Source: Clostridia bacterium (GTDB lineage Bacteria > Bacillota > Clostridia > Peptostreptococcales > Anaerovoracaceae). From it: a stretch of 43,783 nucleotides of DNA. A model generated the notes under the pieces. The model was not told the origin of the DNA. It worked only from the letters and a program-made list of their open reading frames with translations, and ran no database searches. The position numbers and the translations under genes were made by a program. Of this stretch, positions 42,690 through 43,783 are shown piece by piece (within the stretch, counting starts at the first letter, position 1; every line of letters starts with the position of its first letter). The stretch covers positions 1-43,783 of the forward strand of contig JAIKZT010000011.1 of assembly GCA_024682015.1 (NCBI GenBank), read 5' to 3'.

Positions 42690-43508
42690 CTACGCGAAGA
42701 TCGACGCGAGGTCGATCTCCAGTTCTCCGTCATAGATCCCTACCGGCACCTTGCTGCCGAATCCGTAGATGCCGCTGTGCGGGTCTTCGCCAAACGCATA
42801 CGTAAGCACCGTCTGATGCTCCAGGTCTACGATCCAGTACTCCCGAACGCCCGCATATTCGTATTTTTTCAACTTTAAAACCATGTCCCTCTGCTTGCTG
42901 GACGGAGAAAGGATCTCCAGCACAAAATCCGGCGCGCCCCAGATGCCCCATTCCCTGACCTGCTCCGGATTGCAGACGATCAGAAAGTCCGGCTGCACCA
43001 TGGTATAGTCGTCGCAGTCGAGCTGCACGTCGAGCGGGGCAAAGAAGGCATCGCAGCGTCCATTGCGGGAACGGATGAAGTCCATAAAACGAAAAGCCAG
43101 TTCTGCCAGCGCCCTCTGATGACCCGTGGTTGGCGAACTTTTCTGATACAAGACCCCGTCGATCAGCTCGTACCGAGGCCATTCCGGCAGCGCCCGGTAA
43201 TCTTCCACCGTATAGGTCCCCTGCTTCTTTTCCGTAGACGCGCCGGAATCGCTGCTGTAATAGCTGTACGGATCCTCTGTCTCCCGCACGAACCCCGGAA
43301 TATCCGTATCCGCCGGCTTATATTCCACCTTTTGAGGACGGTCCTTCAGAACTCTTTCCAGCGCAGCCATCGTCTCCAGCCGCGGATATTTCGTCTCCCC
43401 GCTGAAGATCTTCTGCACCGTGCCGAGCGGCACGCCGGAAAGCTCTGCGATCTTCCGATTCGTGTAATGCCGCTTTTTTTTCAGTTCCTTCATCTCTTCA
43501 AACGTCAT
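42690..43508 (-). CDS. HTH (XRE-like) domain fused to a Uma2/DUF820 PD-(D/E)xK endonuclease domain
   Basis: N-terminal NRKIAELSGVPLGTVQKIFSG. C-terminal YELIDGVLY ... QPDFLIV ... APDFVLEILSPSS ... KYEYAGVREYWIVD. Confidence 0.75.
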   Translation of the reverse strand: MTFEEMKELKKKRHYTNRKIAELSGVPLGTVQKIFSGETKYPRLETMAALERVLKDRPQKVEYKPADTDIPGFVRETEDPYSYYSSDSGASTEKKQGTYTVEDYRALPEWPRYELIDGVLYQKSSPTTGHQRALAELAFRFMDFIRSRNGRCDAFFAPLDVQLDCDDYTMVQPDFLIVCNPEQVREWGIWGAPDFVLEILSPSSKQRDMVLKLKKYEYAGVREYWIVDLEHQTVLTYAFGEDPHSGIYGFGSKVPVGIYDGELEIDLASIFA

Positions 43509-43583
43509 TCAGACCACCGCCTTTCACGGAAAGTTTACCCGAATTGCAACCGTTCGTCAACCGTTTTATTTCCATTTATCGGT

Positions 43584-43618
43584 TAAAAATTGGGCGGATC
43601 ACTTCGCGTAACCCGCCC
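43584..43618 (-). terminator. Intrinsic terminator of the molybdopterin oxidoreductase gene
   Basis: GGGCGG / CCGCCC hairpin followed on the minus strand by AATTTTTAA. Confidence 0.5.
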
Positions 43619-43623
43619 ATCGC

Positions 43624-43783
43624 CTATCCTTCGCATTTCCTCACGTCCGCCAGGTTCGTGTGCTGCGGATTCGCCCGCGAATACGGCGTGGGCACCGTGT
43701 GCGTAAGCACGTTGATCGATCCGCGCTCGTCGATGCCGTCCGGCCCCGGTTTGTACCAGACGCCTTCGCTCATGGCGATCACC
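43624..43783 (-). CDS. 3' end of a molybdopterin (DMSO reductase family) oxidoreductase catalytic subunit, partial
   Basis: Not in the ORF track because no start lies in the window. The minus frame reads ...VIAMSEGVWYKPGPDGIDERGSINVLTHTVPTPYSRANPQHTNLADVRKCEG-stop, which is typical of the C-terminal molybdopterin-binding domain. Confidence 0.6.
   Translation of the reverse strand, partial: VIAMSEGVWYKPGPDGIDERGSINVLTHTVPTPYSRANPQHTNLADVRKCEG

Overview
High-G+C, Firmicutes/Clostridia-like chromosomal segment; the taxon is inferred from RBS style, gene content and AddA/PurO/DUF2812-type genes. About 32 genes can be read from motifs plus RBS and start context. The left third is a de novo purine operon on the + strand: purE, a divergent purF, purM, purN, an archaeal-type IMP cyclohydrolase purO, an AICARFT-only purH, purD and a single-chain purL. 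purC lies separately on the - strand. The rest is mostly housekeeping or accessory. It holds addA with no adjacent addB, overlapped by a PHP phosphoesterase; gpmI; two FAD flavoproteins; yqeY; and a PadR-DUF2812-ABC-ABC2-XRE/AbrB operon. It also holds an SPFH protein with a coupled partner, a lipoprotein, a DUF308 protein with an acidic tail, and an ABC-F ATPase behind an attenuator-like leader. Finally there is an M19 dipeptidase, lysA, an sdaA-HAD-MFS-GDPD operon, an HTH-Uma2 nuclease and the 3' end of a molybdopterin oxidoreductase. No rRNA, tRNA, CRISPR array or recognisable transposase/integrase was seen. The unexplained signal sits in three visibly lower-G+C noncoding patches. (1) 33.8-35.5 kb and 38.0-38.35 kb carry a repeat family built from GGTAAC-N8-GTTACC hairpins, in inverted copies around a low-GC orphan gene with a PD-(D/E)xK-like C-terminus. 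(2) 19.25-20.27 kb has a 4 x 101-bp higher-order tandem repeat followed by duplicated hairpins and a possible sRNA. (3) 11.5-11.8 kb looks like a type I toxin-antitoxin module: a 29-aa holin-like peptide with a sequestered SD and a convergent promoter-to-terminator sRNA. Further structured noncoding elements lie between addA and gpmI, between purO and purH, and upstream of purE. All functional calls rest on motif recognition by eye; no database search was run.
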